Below, piece by piece: positions 21,062 to 33,962 of a stretch of 64,000 nucleotides of DNA. Positions within the stretch are counted from its first letter, which is position 1; each line of letters starts with the position of its first letter. The stretch comes from Cycas panzhihuaensis (taxonomy: Eukaryota; Plantae; Cycadophyta). The notes under the pieces are model-generated. The model was not told where the DNA came from and ran no database searches. It was given only the letters and a program-made list of their open reading frames with translations. A program made the translations under genes and the position numbers. Location of the stretch: positions 245,961,741-246,025,740 of the forward strand of contig CM041465.1 in assembly GCA_023213395.1 (NCBI GenBank), written 5' to 3'.

Positions 21062-24000
21062 TGTTGGAGTTAATCATCATCACTCCACTCCCACCTTCCA
21101 ACCAGGATTGTACACCTCATTAACCTCATTTTACACATGTGGGTGATCAACATGTGTAGGTAAGCTAAGGTAAGTTTAATGTTAATTTAATTTAATTTGA
21201 GTTAGTTTTCATTTGAGTTAAGTTAGCATTATTTTATTGTTAATTTAAATTTCAAGGGTTGAGGAGTTTACCTCCTACCCCAAAATTATAAATATTGAGG
21301 GGTGTGTAACCTTGGTGTCTTTAGACACCACCCTCATTTGCGAAATTTGTATTGCTCACTTCTCACAATATGGCTTGAATACAATGCTTTCATGGTTTAT
21401 GCTATATTGCAACATTGATGTATTGATGTATTGATCTATTGAAGTTTATTCTATGTTCTGCCCTATTCTCCTGCATTATTTTCCATCAAAAAATTATGTA
21501 ATATGATTAAATGCCTAAAATTCTATGGAAATTTATTTAGAGTTTCAAAAATATAAAACTATGAATTCATCATCCATTTACGTATATTAATTCTATAAAA
21601 CATCCTTCATCAAGGTCATAATTATGATAGGACTTGTAACTCATGTATAGTACAATCTAAGCTCTTGACTGCCATACTTCTCTTCTTGGAAACTATCTGA
21701 CTAGGTCTAACATCTAATATACATTTAGCCTGCATGGAAAATAAAACCTACAATGATCTTATATAGGAGAAATCCAATAGATGATTCCTCAGATTAGAGG
21801 TTTCCCATAAATAATTATCAGTCATGTTAAGGAGTTTAGTGTGGTATGAGCAATGTGTGAGTTTCGACATGAGGCATAATGCTTAATGCATTTGCTTCAT
21901 ATAGGTTCTTTTTATAGAGGATTTAATTCACCATAGTTAGGCATAAATAAGGGCATCATGAGATGGTAGGGCTAAATGTAATATGAAGGTCATGCTCTAT
22001 TTTCACACATAACAAGTGGCAAGTATGGAATATGGGTGCAATGACAAGCAGGTTGTAATTAATGAACTTATTCCCTATAGTGTATGTGTATGAGTAGGTT
22101 ACATATAACTTATCTAGTAGAGAGTGTATATATACAATTGGAACAAGGGTGATTTCGGCTAAATGCTTCTTTGTTTCTTCTTCATAAGGCATGGTGACAT
22201 ATTTTCCTTTGACTGTTATCCAGGTGGGATAACCAAGGAATGTGAGCTCTACAAATGCTATAACAAAATGAGCGTGGCATAGAACTATGGCTGCCAAGTA
22301 AATAACATGACTATATGTTTAGATCTCTAATTTTTATCCATTGTTCCCATTGAGGGTTTATATTCAATATAATGGCCAGATGCTTTTGACATGAAAACCT
22401 CTAATGTAATACTTCCTTCAGCTGAGTTCATCTCCAAAATCTCTTAAGAATGATGCCCTAGGTATAATTTGGTAAGTTGGGGCTTTGATTATTTCTAGTA
22501 AACTAACATATTTAAATCTTTGACAATAATCTCATACCATTGTATGTAAATTTTTCATGCCATAATCAAATAATGTGTTCATATATATGCCATGCATTGA
22601 TTCAAAGTAGCTTGACATATAGTCAAACCATTCAACATGTAAATTCATTATGCCATCATCATACATTTTGACATTTCATCATTGATAGATAAATAGTCAT
22701 GGCCCATAAACAATTCATGCCATGTATACATAAATTATCCATATACTATAATAAAATAATTACCCTTATAAACATGTAATTTATTGTAATTATTGCATGC
22801 CACATACCTTTTATATTGTCATTAAGACACCTTTCAATATGCTATTATACATGCATATTACCTACTAATCTAACTAATGGAGTAAATGCTATATTCTAAC
22901 AATGAATCTCATTATGATGGGATCACAAATACCCTTAGAATGATCTATGAGTTATAGTGAATCCATTAACAAGCATTCACAAAAGCCTTCACTTATGGAC
23001 TAAATATAATACGTTGTGGACTACTATGAATACTTGCATGCTATATGTATATAGAGCACCTACATGCATAAATGAATAATTGTCCATAATAAAAATTATA
23101 GATCAATATACCATCGATATCTACTATATCTATTCTATATACAACTTGACTAGCTTCATGTGCTCTATAATCTGTTACATCACACATGTCACTGGTATAT
23201 GTATATTCTAGATCAACAAAAAATACCTTATATCTAGCTCTTGCCATGGGCTTGATAAGCTTTATTGACATGATCTTCACCTAACCATAGCGGCTTGGAT
23301 TCAAATCTACTCTAATACTATGTTAAAGTAGGTATCAAAATTGCTCTAATACCATGTTAAAATATAAAAGATGTAATAGTAATAAACTCATGAGTATGTA
23401 TACATAGTAAATTAATCAACATAACTATTAAACATCAAATATATAACATAAACACCACAAGATGGACACTAAGATTTATATATGGAAAACCCATGTGGAA
23501 AAAACTATGAAAGAAGGTGGAGTTAGGACTCCATTTATGATCATAATCTTTATATATTTCTCCTCTCTCCTTCATAAAGTTCTTAAGTGGTGAGTGTACA
23601 TATATATAGTGAGATCACCTCATGAGTAGCCTATTAAATGTAAAGAGCCTTTATATCATCTAATAAGGAGATATCATGGATATATATATGTATCTCACAT
23701 ATTTCGAAGTAGGTGAATGGTGGGAAGTATATGTTTATAATAAACCCATGTTAAACATTATGTTTTAATAGGGTAGGGGGGCATACCTGTAACCCTAAAA
23801 AATTATTTATGGTTAACGATTTATATATGTTTGAGTCTAAGTGTTAACTTGATAATGACACCCTTCAATAACTTAAAGTTAAATGTAAACTTGAGGATGA
23901 AAGTCCACTTGTTGTAGAAATAAGAATGCAAATAATGTCTCTTATTGTGATGATTAGATTAGACTACTTACACACCTTAAATCTTTTAGCCATTTTTTAA

Positions 24001-26326
24001 ATATTAGGGTATTGGTCACAATAGACCTTCAGAGTATACTTAACATTTGAGGCAAAATATAAGTTTGTAGATTGGGTCTTACTCTAGATATATATGAAAG
24101 ATTTTCTATCTAAATATTATTCCATTAAAGCCTTTAATATGTAGGAGTGGTGCATAATGTAGAAATGGTAATGATTTTCTATATCCTTAAGGATAAATTT
24201 GATGTCATTGATGTTGAGGAAGTGGATATTGTTATGGGTGTTCAATGGTTATACTCAATAGGAACTTACTCCACCAACTTTCTAGAGAGTTGTTTGTCAT
24301 TTAAGAAAGGGGGTTATGGGTATATTAATAAATTCTTGGCTTTAGAAAAGATTAAGATAGTTGAGTCTAGTTGGATGAATACAATTTTAAGGAAAGGTCA
24401 CTTTGAGTTTATGGATCATCTATATTGCATGTATACAAACCTCGATGGCCTCAATAAGACCAAGACTTAAGGATCCTAAAACTACTCTAAAGCATAAGGT
24501 CATTTTTTAAGACTTACCCAAGGGATTATCATTAGACAAAGAATTGGAATATATCATCGAGCTTGATCGATTAAAGGTCTTATAGTAGTATACACTTATA
24601 GATATGGACATTGCTAGAAATAAAAGGTCAAGAGGCTTGTATAATGGTTATTTGAAATAGGAATTATTGTTCTGAGAAAGAGCCACCTAAGATGCACTAG
24701 TTATCCTAGCTAGGAATAATGATGAGTCCTATTGTCTTCATATTATTTATTACAGTGAACCGAATCATTTAACAATAAAAATATAAATTTCTAATAACTT
24801 GTTGGTTGAGCTATATGGGGTCAAGTATTTCTATAAGGGTGACCTTTTATTAGGGAACTATTAGGTCCTAATTTGGTTCTAATATTAGGAGAAGATAATC
24901 TTTGAGACTCATTAGGGTTGTTATTAGTTCTAATTAGTGCCTTTTGGGTTTTGCAATACTCCAACTATATTCCATGCATTAATGAACAAGTTGTTTAGTA
25001 AGTTCCTCCATGAATTTATCCTTATCTTTTTTTATAACATCTTAATTTATAATAGATTATTAACATCACATTTGAAGCATTTAGATATTGCACTTAATAT
25101 CTTTAGCCAAAGAGAAGTTGTATACCAAAGAATCTAAGTATGAAGTCATCAGGATATTCTATAGTATCTTAGCCACATCATTTCAATAGAAGGTATACAT
25201 ATGTATCCTATTAAGATTAAGGTAATATTTGAATGGCCTATTCTTAAATATCTTAAGAAGCTTTATGGGTCCTTAGGATTAGTGGGATTTTACCATAGAT
25301 TTATAAGAAATTTCTCCTCTATAGCTTAGCCCTTGACTAACTTTACTAAGAAGGATGTTTTTATTGGTCTATTGAGGCATCAAAATCCATTGATGACCTT
25401 AAAGAGGGCTTCATTTCCATCCCAATGTTAACTACCCCTAATTTCTCAAAGTCTATTATTATTAAATATGTGATACCTCTTGATTTGGATTGTATGTCAT
25501 ACTTGCATAGGGGAAAGGTGTATGTCTACTTAAAGTAAATAGAGGTTAGAAATTTTGTAAGTAATGGATAAGTTATATCCATTTCCATTATAGACCAAGT
25601 TCTTTATTAAAAATGACCACCTCAACTTAAAATACTCTCTGACTTAGGGGACACTTATGAAAGAGCAATACAAATGGATTGATTGATTGTAGACTTATGA
25701 CTTTGAAATCATATATAAAAAGGAGAAGGAGAATGTGGTGGTAGATGCTTTATCATGCCAAGATGAGTCTCCTATTTTTAATTGCATCTTTGCTAACTAA
25801 CCCTATTAATTAGAGGATCTTCTTTAGGACTATAAAAGTGATTATGCTACACTCCCACTTAGAGAAGATATCATAGATGGAAGGGAGGGGAAGTCTTGGT
25901 CAATCAGGAATGGTACCATCTTCTTTAGAGATTGTGCCTACTTTAGAAATGGATCTCCTCTTATTTAGAAGGAGCTTGAACATGGATATATATCACCTTG
26001 TGCAAGGTATGTTAGATACTAAAAAACATATGAGAATATAAGGTCTAAATTCTATTAGTAGAACATGAAAATAGAAAATTTAAAGTTTGTTGTTGAGTAG
26101 GATACTTGTCAGCATAATAAAATGGAAGCAATTTTACTGCTAAGACTTCTTCAACCAAATTCCATTCCCAATTAGAAGGAATGCTTATCATCTATGCTTG
26201 ATAAGAGAAACAAAGAGGATGAAATGTCTAAGGCCTCCTAGAATAAAAGACTTAGTTGCCAATCTTCCAAAATATTTGATTCATCTAGCACAAATCTCTG
26301 TTGAAGGTGTTCTCAATCCTAGAGTA

Positions 26327-29300
26327 TTTTAAAATAAGGATCAAAATTGCTCTGATACCATGTTAAAATATAGAAGATGAAATAATAATAAACTCATGAG
26401 TATGTATACATAATAAATTAATCAATATAACTATCAAATATCAAACATGTAAAGTAAGCACTATAAGATAGACACCAAGATTTGTATGTAGAAAACCCAT
26501 TGTGGGAAAGACCATGAGAGAAGATGGAGTTAGGATTTTACTTATGATCATAAGGTTTACATATTTCTCCTCTCTCCTTTTTCAAATTATTAAGTGGTGA
26601 GTATACATATAAATAGTGAGATCACCTTATGAGTAGCTTATCAAATGTAAAGAGCCCTTACATCATCCAATAAAGGGATAGTATGGATATGTGTGCATCA
26701 CACATATCACAAAGTAGGTAAATGGTGGAAAGTATAGGTGTATAATAAACCTATATTAAACATTATGTTTTAACACCCCACACCCCCACCCAATAATGTT
26801 TAATGTTCTTGAATCTTGATCTCAAATCTTGTAGTCTTCATATCTTTAACCTGTATGCTAGAACCTGTATCCTATAATTGTAACATATATCATATATCAT
26901 GTATGTAGTATCACTTGTAATAATATGCATATTTCCATCAAATATTAACCTATATAAAACTAACATAAATGGAGTATTTTATGCATATCTATATATCTTT
27001 ATATGTATGACTACTTTCAATCGACATTAAGTTGGATGATCAACATTTGATTAACCATCAAATTAATAATCAAGCAAAATGATATATGAGTAAATATAAA
27101 ATAATATCCATCTACCAAAATACATGGGTGACCAACTATTATAATTGCTAGTTCTTTAGGAAATCACTTTAAATACATGGTTCATCATTCTCCCAAATTG
27201 CTTGTAAGACCAACACAATTGAGTATGTTATGTCAAAGTAACATCAGCTAGATCAAGTCGACAACTGAATCTCATCTTAAATAATTAACTTTGGGAATAG
27301 ACCAAACTACCTGGCTAAGGCAAGTTAACTATAATAAGGTAAATTATACTCTAATTAATTAACATTGATAACTAGGTGGATTATAAAATTTGCTTCAATA
27401 ACCAAGTGATTTGTATGCTTAGTTAGGGGTTTTTCCATACACTAAACCAAATGTGATGTTGTGAAGGGGGAAATGAATAACCATCATATCAAGGATGTCT
27501 CATGTCACAAATTCATAACATGTTTCACTTAATAAAAAAATTTCAATTGAAATGGGCCTCGAGATATCATAAATAGGCCTTGAGATATTTGATTTTAAGC
27601 CAAGCTTTAATTTTCATCCATTATTCCTAAAAAATAACATTATTATCATATTTATAGCCATAATATTACATTAAAATTAGCTAAATGTTTCCTAAAAATA
27701 GATATAGAATTCATTTAGAATGAGGTTTAGAGCTATTGCATCAACTTTACCATTAAATTTCTTTATCATTTACTATCCAAAGCAGGTCGTGTACCACTCA
27801 TTTTGATTATCTTGAAGTCTTCTTTTGAATGCAATAGATGACACCTAATTCTAACACACAAGTGATGGGATATCAATAAAAGTGTGATTGTGACCTATGA
27901 AAAAGTGCATAATCCTTATGAAAATAGTGACAGAACTAAAATTTTATTAAATGCCAAATATACATTTTAGAAAATAAAAAATCATCTAATTCAGATTATA
28001 GTAATTTAAAGTTATCTCCTTTGAGGATTAACCCCTGATCATATAGGCTCTCCATATGACTGCCTATTGAGATCTAAGGGGCTAAACTCAGATTTAAAAA
28101 ATTATGTAATATGATTAAATGTCTAAAACTATATGGAAATTTTTTTAGGGTTTCAAAAATATCAAACTATGAATTCATCATCCATTTACGTATATTAATT
28201 CTATAATACATCCTTCATCGAGGTCACAATTATGATAGGAATTATAACTCATGCATAATACAATATGAGCTTTCGACTACCATACTTCTTTTCTTGGAAA
28301 GAATCTGACTAGGTCTAACATCTAATATGCATTTGGCCTACATGGAAAACAAAACCTGTAATGATCTTATATAGGAGAAATCTAGTAGATGATTCCTCAA
28401 ATTAGAGGTTTCCCATAAATAATTATCAGTCACATTAAGGAGTCTATTGTGGTATGAGCAATGTGTGAGTTTCAGTATGAGGTACAATACTTAATGTGTT
28501 TGCTTTATATAGGTTCTTTCTATGGAGGATTTAATTCACCATAACTAGGCATAAATAAGGGCATCATGAGATAGAAGGGCCAAATGTAATATGAAGGTTA
28601 TACTCTACTTTCATACATAACAAGTGGCAAGTATGGAATAGGGGTGCAATGAGAAGCCGGTTAATGGACTTATTCCCTATAGCGTATGTCTATAAGTAGG
28701 TTATATATAACTTATCTAGCAAAGAGTATATATATAATTGGAACAAGCATGATTTCGGCTAAATGCTTCTTTGTTTCTTCTTCATAAGGCATGGTGACAT
28801 ATTTTCCTTTGACTGTTATCCAGGCAGGATAACCAAGGAGTGTGAGCTCTACAAATTCTATAACAAAATTATCGTGGCATAGAACTATGGCTGGTAGGTA
28901 AATAACATGACTATGTGCTTATATCTCTAGTTTTTATCCATTGTTCCCATTGAGGGTTTATATTTGATATAATAGCCATATGCTTTTGACCTGAAAACCT
29001 TTAATGTAATACTTCCTTTAACTGAGTTCATCTCCAAAATCTCTTAAGAATGATGCCCTCGGTATAATTTGGTAAGTTGGGACTTTGATTATTTCTATTA
29101 AACTAACATATTCAAATCTTTGACAATAATCTCATAACATTGTGTGTAAATTTTTCATGCTATAATTAAGTAATTTGTTCATATATATACCATGCATTGA
29201 TTCAAAGTAGCTTGACATATAATCAAACCATTCAACATGTAAATTCATTATGCCATCATCATATGTTTTGATATTTCATCATTGATAGATAAATAGTCAT

Positions 29301-30365
29301 GGACCATAAACAATTCATGCTATGTATATGTAAATTATCCATATACTATAATAAAATAATTACCCTTATAAACATGTAATTTGTTGTAATTATTACATGC
29401 CACATACCTTTTATATTGTCATTAAGACACCTGTCAATATGCTATTATACATGCCTATTACCTACTAATCTAACTCATGGAGTAAATGTTATATTCTAAC
29501 AGCGAATCTCATTCTGATAGGCTCACAAATGCCTCTAGAATGATTTGTGAGTGACAATGAATATATTAATGGGCATTCACAAAAGCCTTCACTTATGGAC
29601 TAAATATAATATGTTGTCGACTACTATGAATACTTGCATGCTATATGTATATAGTGCACCTACATGCATAAATGAATGTTTGTCCACAATAAAAATTATA
29701 GATCAATATACCATCAATATCTACTATATCTATCCCATATACAACTTGACTAGCTTCATGTGCCCTGTAATCTATCACACATGTCACTAGCATATGTATA
29801 TTCTAGCTCATAAAAAAATACCTCATATCTAGCTCTTGCCATGGGATTGATAGGCTTGATTGACATGATCTTCACCTCACCATAGCAGCTTGGATTCGAC
29901 TCTACTCTAATACTATGTTAAAATAAGGATCAAAATTTCTCTGATACCCTGTTAAAATATGAAAGATACAATAGTAATAAACTCATGAGTATGTATACAT
30001 AGTGAATTAATCAACATAACTATTAAACATAAAATACATAACATAAACACCACAATATGGACACTGAGATTTATATATGGAAAACCCATGTGGGAAAAAC
30101 CATGAAAGAAGGTGGAGGTAGGACTCCACTTATGATCATAAGGTTTATATATTTCTCCTCTCTCCTTCATAAAGTTCTTAAGTAGTGAGTGTACAGATAT
30201 ATAGTGAGTTCACCTCATGAGTAGCCTATTAAATGTAATGAGCTTTTATATCATCTAATAAAGAGATATCATGGACATATATACATATCTCACATATTTC
30301 AAAGTAGGTGAATGGTGGGAAGTATAGGTTTACAATAAACCCACGTTAAACATTATGTTTTCATA
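26327..30365 (-). mobile_element. Non-autonomous 4 kb LTR element, copy 3: 3' LTR 26327-26775, 5' LTR 29916-30365
   Basis: Perfect TSD GAGTA (26322-26326 and 30366-30370), PBS 29904-29915, PPT 26776-26791. Confidence 0.9.
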
Positions 30366-33300
30366 GAGTAGGGGGGCATACCTATAACCCTAAAAAATTA
30401 TATATGGTTAAAGATTTATGTCTATTCGAGTCTAAGTCTTAACTTGATAATGGAATCCTTCAATAAATTAAAGTTAAATGTGAACTTGAGGATCAAATCC
30501 CACTTGTAATATAAATAAGAAAGTGAATAGTGTCTCTTATTGTGATGATTGGATTAGACTACTTACACATCTTAAAATTTTTATCCATTTCCTAAATGTT
30601 AGGGTATTAGTCATGATAAACCTTGAGAGTATACTTAACATTTAAGGAAAAATATAAGTTTGTAGATTGGGTCTTACCCTAGATGTATATGAGGATTTCC
30701 TATCTAAATATTATGCCATTAAAGCCTTTAATATATAGGAGTGGTGCATAATGTATAGATGGTAATGATTTTCTATATCCTTAAGGATAAATTTGATGTC
30801 ATTGATGTTGAGGAAGTGGATGTTGTTATGGGTTTTCAATGGTTGTACTTAATATGAACTTACTCCACCAACTTTCTAAAGAGAATCTTGTCATTTAAGA
30901 AAGGGGGTTATGAGTATACTAGTGAATTCTTGGCTCTAGAAAAGATTAAGATAGTTGGCTCTAGTTAGATTAATAAAATTTTAAGGAAATGTCACTTTGA
31001 GTTTATGGCTCATCTATATTGCATGTATACAAACCTTGATGACCTCAATAAGACCAAGTCTTAAGGATCCTAAAACTACTCTAAAGCATAAGGTCATTTT
31101 TCAAGGCTTACGTAAGGGATTATCACTAGACAAAGAATTGGAATATATCATCAAGCTTGATTGATTAAAGGTCTTATAGTAGTTTACCCTTATAGACATG
31201 GACATTGTTAGAAATAAAAGGTCGAGAGGCTTGTATAATGGTTATTTGAAATAGGAATTATTGTTCTAAGAAAGAGCCACCTGCGATGCACTAGTTATCC
31301 TAACTAGGAATAATGATAAGTCCTATTGTCTCTGTATTATTTATTATAGGGAATTGAATCACTTAACAATAGAAAAGTAAATTTCTAATGACTTGTTGGT
31401 TGAGCTACATGGGGTCAAGTACCTCTGTAAGGGTGACCTTGATTAGGGATCTATTAGGTCCTAATTTGGTTCTAATATTAGGAGAAGATAATCTTTTAGA
31501 CTCATTAGGGTTGTTATTAGTTCTAATTAGTGCCTTTTGGGTTTTGCAATACTCCAACTATATTCCAAGCATTAATGAACAAGGCATTTGGTAAGTTCCT
31601 CCATGAATTTATCCTTATCTTTCTTTATAACATCTTGATTTATAATAGATTATTAACATCCCATTTGAAGCATTTAGATATTGCACTTAATATCTTTAGC
31701 CAAAGAGAAGTTGTATACCAAAGAATCTAAGTGTGAAGCTAATGGGATATTCTTATAGTATCTTAGCCACATCATTTCAATAGAAGGTATACATATAGAT
31801 CCTATTAAGATTAAGGTAATATTTGAATGGCCTATTCTTAAATCTCTTAAGAAGCTTTATGGATTCTTAGGATTAGTGGTATTTTACCATAGATTTATAA
31901 GAAATTTCTCCTCTATAGCTTAGCCCTTGACTAACTTTACTAAGAAGGATGTTTTTATTGGTCTATTGAGGCATAAAAATCCATTGATGACCTTAAAGAG
32001 GGCTTCATTTCCATCCCAATGTTAACTACCCCTAATTTCTTAAAGTCTATTATTATTAAATGTGTGATACCTCTTGATTTAGATTGTGTCTCATACTTAC
32101 ATAGGGGAAAGGTGTATGTCTACTTAAAGTAAATAGACCTATGACTTTGAAATTATATATAAGAAGGAGAAGGAGAACGTGGTGGTAGATGCTTTATCAT
32201 GCCAAGATGAGACTCCTACTTTTAATGCCATCTTTTCTAACTAACCCTATTAATTAGAGGATCTTCTTTAGGACTATAAAAATGATTATGCTATACTCCC
32301 ACTTAGAGAAGACATCATAGATAGAAGGGAGGGGAAGGCTTGGTTAATCAGGAATGGTACCATCTTCTTTAGAGATTGTGCCTACTTTAGAAATGGGTCC
32401 CCTGTTATTTAGAAGGAACTTGTATATGGATATATATCCCCTTATGCAAGGCATGTGGGATACTAAAAAATGTATAAGAATAGAAGGTCCAAATTCTATT
32501 AGTAGAATATGAAAATGGAAAAATTAAAGTTTGTTATTAAGTAGGATACTTATTAGCATAATAAAATAGAAGCAGTTTGATTGCCAAGACTTCTTCACCC
32601 AAATTCCATTCCTAATCAAAAGTAGGAAGTGGTATCCATGGACTTTATCTTATGATTACTTCAATTAGATAATAAGGATGAAATGTTTATTATAGTGACT
32701 CTTTTAACTAAGTATAGTCATTTCATTGCCATGACCAAATTAGGATTAAATGCTCCTAAAATTACTAAGCCATACTTTAAATATATCTTCAAGGAGTATG
32801 GGATACCAGAATGCATCAAATATGATAAGGACTATATATTCCAAAGTAATTTTTGGTAAGAATACCTCATGCTAGAAGGGGTAAAATTTAATATGAGTAC
32901 AACTTATCATCCTTATATAGATGGGTAAATAGAGATCATAAATAAATGTTTAGAAGCGTATTTAAGGATGTACATAAGGGCTAAGTAGAATAAGTGAGTG
33001 AAATGGTTACATGTGAAATAATACTAGTATAATATAACATATTATTTAGCCATCGAGATGACCTCATTGAAAGTATTATATGGTTATTAATTGTCAGTTA
33101 TTATACTAGGTTCAAAATTGTGAACACAAAATAATTTAGGTGGAATTGGTCTACTTTCAAATCTTTTCTATTCATTTATAATACTTAGATGCTAATGTAC
33201 AAGTTGGCATATAGATATATATAAGCAAGATTGATAATGGTCTATGAATGACTTGTAACTAACTTAACATATATTAAATACCTATGAAAGACCTAATATA

Positions 33301-33962
33301 ACTCCTAGACATGTGTCACCAAGTGAATGATGACTATATGACTCACAAATTATCTGATTAGCTTACTAAACTTATTAGGACACATAACCCTAACAATGTA
33401 AACATTTATTCTAATGGTCCCTCTTAATATTTACATTAGTTTTAATGCTAATACAAAATATAAATTTGTTCTTAGCTAAGGGTTTGGTGAAGATATATGT
33501 CAGGTACTCTTTAGTAGATTTATATAAGAGTTGACCTCTTTATTTTGTATTTGCTCTTAAAAGAAATGTTGGTATGCCTTAATGTATTTAGTATAAACAT
33601 GGAACACTAGATTCTTAGTAATCTTCATTATACTCTAATTATTATAATACATAGTGGTCATCTCTTCCTAATGAAGTCCTAAATCACCAAGGACCTATAT
33701 CAAATAAATGGTCTCACAAGTTGTGATTACATCTTTATAATGTTATTCAATAGAGGATAATGCAATATTAGGTTGCTTCTCACTACTTTAAGTGACAACA
33801 ATTGAACCCAAAATTAAAGTAATAACTTAAAGTAGACCTATTTCTATTAATACATCAAGCCCAATTAAAATCTAAATACTCCTTTCAGCTTAAAATAATT
33901 ATTTTAGATGAACTTGAATCCATAGTATAGAGTTTCCTGCAAGTATTTGAGGATCTTATTTA

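Larger units (their letters stand above)
19166..21488 (+). mobile_element. Complete non-autonomous Copia-derived mini-element: LTRs 19166-19605 and 21062-21488, PBS 19608-19619, PPT 21051-21059
   Basis: Highly similar TG..CA LTRs and AAAAA TSD. Empty sites are visible in units 1 (~12664) and 3 (~28096). PBS TGGTATTAGAGC and PPT AAGGGGGAG. Confidence 0.95.
17317..23770 (-). mobile_element. Non-autonomous 4 kb LTR element, copy 2: 3' LTR 17317-17827, 5' LTR 23321-23770; hosts the 19166-21488 insertion
   Basis: TSD GAGTA/GGGTA, PBS 23309-23320 and G-rich PPT 17828-17854. Decayed gag-like motifs V*DYCQRFK (22511-22537) and TCHLLCVKIEH (ORF 21956-22297). Confidence 0.88.
10794..32617 (+). repeat. 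Tandem triplication: unit 1 10794-17163, unit 2 17164-26173 (with a nested 2.3 kb insertion), unit 3 26174-32617
   Basis: Three collinear copies. The same integrase-to-gag junction (..ATTCC(T/C)AAT(C/T)AGAAG|GAAT..CTTATCATCTATGCTTGATAAG) occurs at 17164 and 26174. Confidence 0.93.
10074..33091 (+). mobile_element. Ty3/Gypsy (chromovirus-like) gag-pol remnant, partly triplicated and interrupted by nested elements
   Basis: Gag-like region 10074-10945. Protease-like remnant follows each GAGTA TSD. RT MPFG(F)CNTPTIF(Q/H)ALMN..ILIFFYNILIY occurs at 15928, 24937 and 31530. RNase H contains YDFEIIYKKEKENVVVDALS. Integrase *EVVSMDFI..STTYHPYIDG*IEIINKCLEAYLRMY lies at 32620-33090. Confidence 0.85.

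Noticed and set aside
10794-32617. Triplication as an assembly artefact
   Set aside because: The copies carry many substitutions, private deletions and a TSD-flanked insertion.
33092-33125. Possible fourth embedded PBS (minus strand AATTTTGAACC-TAGTATAATAAC-TGACA); a similar weak match lies at ~9845-9860
   Set aside because: Four or more mismatches to the PBS, no duplicated LTR end, and no partner LTR to confirm it.
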